This document shows positions 61,522-64,000 of a DNA stretch of 64,000 nt, one piece after another. The notes beneath the pieces were generated by a model. That model made no database searches, was not told the origin of the DNA, and saw nothing but the letters and a program-made list of their open reading frames with translations. Source of the DNA: Hormiphora californensis (taxonomy: Eukaryota; Animalia; Ctenophora); the NCBI GenBank assembly GCA_020137815.1, contig CM035351.1, positions 8,432,001 through 8,496,000 of the forward strand. The letters are read 5' to 3'. Position numbers and translations under genes: made by a program. The stretch's first letter is position 1, and every line of letters begins with the position of its first letter.

Positions 61522-63514
61522 TGGCTCCACGGTGACTACTACTAGTTAATGCTACTACTCACCTCTCCGTGGAACTGGTTGTATAAAGGGGCTGGCGGTT
61601 GTGAATCGCATTGGACATCAGGAACAATCGGATTGCCTCACCTGCCTCTTTCTTCGTAGAACACTGCCGGGGGATGGAGTTGTGTTAGAAGAGGGTATGG
61701 ATTGGGGTGGTGAGGGGTAGAAGCTGATATATGAGGTACAGTGGGCTGGGATGGCGTGGTTTGATGAGGTATAGCTCGGCGTGTTAAAAGAAATTAATTT
61801 CATGAATATGATGACCTCACTAATACGATCACTCAGTAGATGGGGTAACAGGTGTTCATTTTGGATTCTCTCTATTCGAACCGTGAGTAGTGTTATGTAT
61901 AGAAACCATAAGGGTATGTTGTAATAGCTCGAAAAAGAGGATAGAGAGAGAGTCGTCATGACTTATCCTGCCGCTGACAACCATATGTGACTAGATTCAT
62001 GATGAAACGAAATATCATAATTGGCCAGCTGGAGCTAGTTGGAGACCTAGAGAATGGTGTGAATGAATGTTCTCAACACGTGGTTTCTTTGTGTCATCAC
62101 AATGAGTAACGTTTTACGGATTACAAGTTTGAAAAGGGGGGGGGGGGCAACACGCTCCTCACATAATACTCGCACACTCCTCACAAAATACTCCTCACAT
62201 TCTACTCACACTATATTCTCGGTTGTCCTCCTCCTGCCAGGCTCGCTCCTCCTCATTATACACTAGGTAGGGACCCGCATCGAAGGCCTCGTTAATCTGG
62301 TCGATGGTGTAGGAACACACAATGGATCCTGTTTGTAGGCTCCTAAGTGGAGGGGAAGGAGGGGAGACGGTTAGAAACTTATATATTTAACAACCCTTCC
62401 TTTCTCTCAAGGCAGCCCCTCTAATTATATACCAGCTCCCCCAATTGCGCTTTGTTTCCCCGGCCCCGCATTTAAACTATCTCCCTCTCCCTCTCCCTTT
62501 GAATGACTGCAACACTTACTTTGGCCCGCTGAACGATGCGTAGAGCATTCCATCTCTGAAGACCGCTCCATCTGAAGGAGATAGACATACACGTGTGAGG
62601 TACATCGAGGGGCGGGGGAGATAATAGGGTCGATCAAAGCTGGGACTGCTATTGTTTTCAGCCTCATCATGTTATTGGGAAATGATAAATGTGAAATTAT
62701 TGCCCTGAATAGTTGGACCGCGTGTCTATCTCAATTGCACCAGACAATTGTGTAGATTGCTAGTACAATGGTGAATTGGTGATCAAGATACGGAAAGTTT
62801 CTCTTTCTCTGTTTCTTTTTAAAGGTACAACATGAACTTACCAACTTCATCGTGATCAAAGGGCGACTCGCCCACACGAGAACTAGTGCAGTAGAGCCGG
62901 GCCTTGAAGTAAGAAAGGAAGTAACCGTTGAAGAAGGCGCTGCTGCTACCAACGTCATTCTTACAAATCCGGGCTACTCGGGAGTAGATTTTCTGAAATG
63001 GGCCGGAGGAATTAATTATGAAAATTTAGAGAAAGAGGGAGGGGAGGAATAATTATGGAGGGGGAGCACATGAGGAAGAGAAACTTGTGGGGGAGGTGCA
63101 TATCACACCGGGAAACACACACTCATGAGGAGAAGGAGTGAGAGAGAGAGATGGTAGAAAGAGAGAAAGAGGGAGAGATAGAGAGGGAGAGAGAGATAGA
63201 TAGAGAGGCAGAGATGGTATACAGAGAGATGAGTAGAGAGAAAGGAGGGCGTGTGTTTGTTCAATGCACGCCCTCACACACAACCCCCCTCGCTCCATCA
63301 CAAACATACAACCCTCCAGTTTTTACCTCCGTAGCGACCTCCGTTGCCGTTTCCCGGTACAGAAAATACACGTGATCTCCACTCTCGAAGCTGTACACAA
63401 ACTGAGGGTTGTTAAGCATGTCGTCTGTTTTGAAGGTTTGGGAGGTAGCGGATAGAGAACCGGGCTGTAGGTTGAATCTGGTAATAGCTCGACCGTTGGA
63501 AGCAAAACCGATAT
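53996..63514 (-). CDS. Transmembrane semaphorin (Sema-PSI-Ig-Ig-TM-cytoplasmic tail); 5' part outside the window
   Basis: Sema: [26 protein letters not shown] (63514-63327), [20 protein letters not shown] (~62995-62843), [31 protein letters not shown]: [15 protein letters not shown]. Ig1 ~55914-55669; Ig2 ~55470-55003; [24 protein letters not shown]; last exon ~54526-53996. Confidence 0.9.
57485..57731. mobile_element. hAT-like MITE, 247 bp, 8-bp TSD, in a semaphorin intron
   Basis: TIR CAGGCATGTAGGGGAAG / CTTCCCCTACATGCGTG; TSD GTAAGGGT at 57477-57484 and 57732-57739. Confidence 0.88.
58025..59390. other. Homopolymer-inflated, low-quality sequence (probable read or assembly artefact)
   Basis: Continuous runs of all four bases with no periodicity. 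Confidence 0.8.
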
Positions 63515-63766
63515 CTGAAACAGATCACATGCTAGGTGAGTTATAATATGCGTGTGTGGTCAGGGGAGATTAGTGGAGGGGGAATATGAATGGGACCGGG
63601 CATAATCGAGGAGCTGCGGCCTGGTATTTTTTCCGTCGTAATAAAGTTTAGCAAGCGGATAAACCGAGCGGCATTGCGTCGCCAACATGGGCCTGTCTGT
63701 AACAAGGGGGGATCTCTCTCTTCATGTTCCACTAGTTCACAATATAGTCACAAAAATAATTACACT

Positions 63767-63839
<73 letters not shown>

Positions 63840-64000
63840 ATCCTCTTCTCTCTGTGTCACTCTTTATAAAACTATCGCCTATCGGGTAACAGTAAATGAT
63901 CTGCTGTGCCCCGGAGGAGAGATGAGTGCTCTCCCCCTTCAGTTGGGTGGTTGGCCAGTTGTGCAAGAGCGATGATGGTAGGGGGGGGGGGCTATCACGT

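Overview
Eukaryotic (animal) genomic DNA with short GT-AG introns and abundant (GA/CT)n microsatellites; no prokaryotic features. An early-branching invertebrate such as a ctenophore is plausible, but that is inference only. Exons were assembled by eye, so boundaries are approximate. Left to right: the 3' end of an unidentified + gene; an M14A metallocarboxypeptidase (+); TECPR1 (-), whose introns hold a 27-bp minisatellite and a young RNase H-bearing LINE with an 11-bp TSD; a spliced DUF445-like membrane protein (+); a small secreted Cys-rich, probably GPI-anchored protein (-); a decayed CR1/L2-like LINE; a head-to-tail run of intronless housekeeping CDSs (DCTN4, WDR6, AGK; all -); a perfect 152-bp palindrome in the divergent DCTN4/KIF24 promoter; KIF24 (+); a cluster of MITEs including a 1.3-kb TTAA-flanked foldback; and a transmembrane semaphorin (Sema-PSI-Ig-Ig-TM, -) running off the right edge. 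Best candidates for new biology: (1) a putative operon-like, trans-spliced cluster of intronless genes, each preceded by a TATAG acceptor, downstream of a symmetric promoter palindrome; (2) recurrent tandem duplication of splice sites and a stop codon; (3) a TECPR1 whose canonical ATG5-binding motif is degenerate while a better match lies in a C-terminal extension. Several small frameshifts in essential genes and a homopolymer-garbled block (about 58.0-59.4 kb) indicate imperfect assembly.
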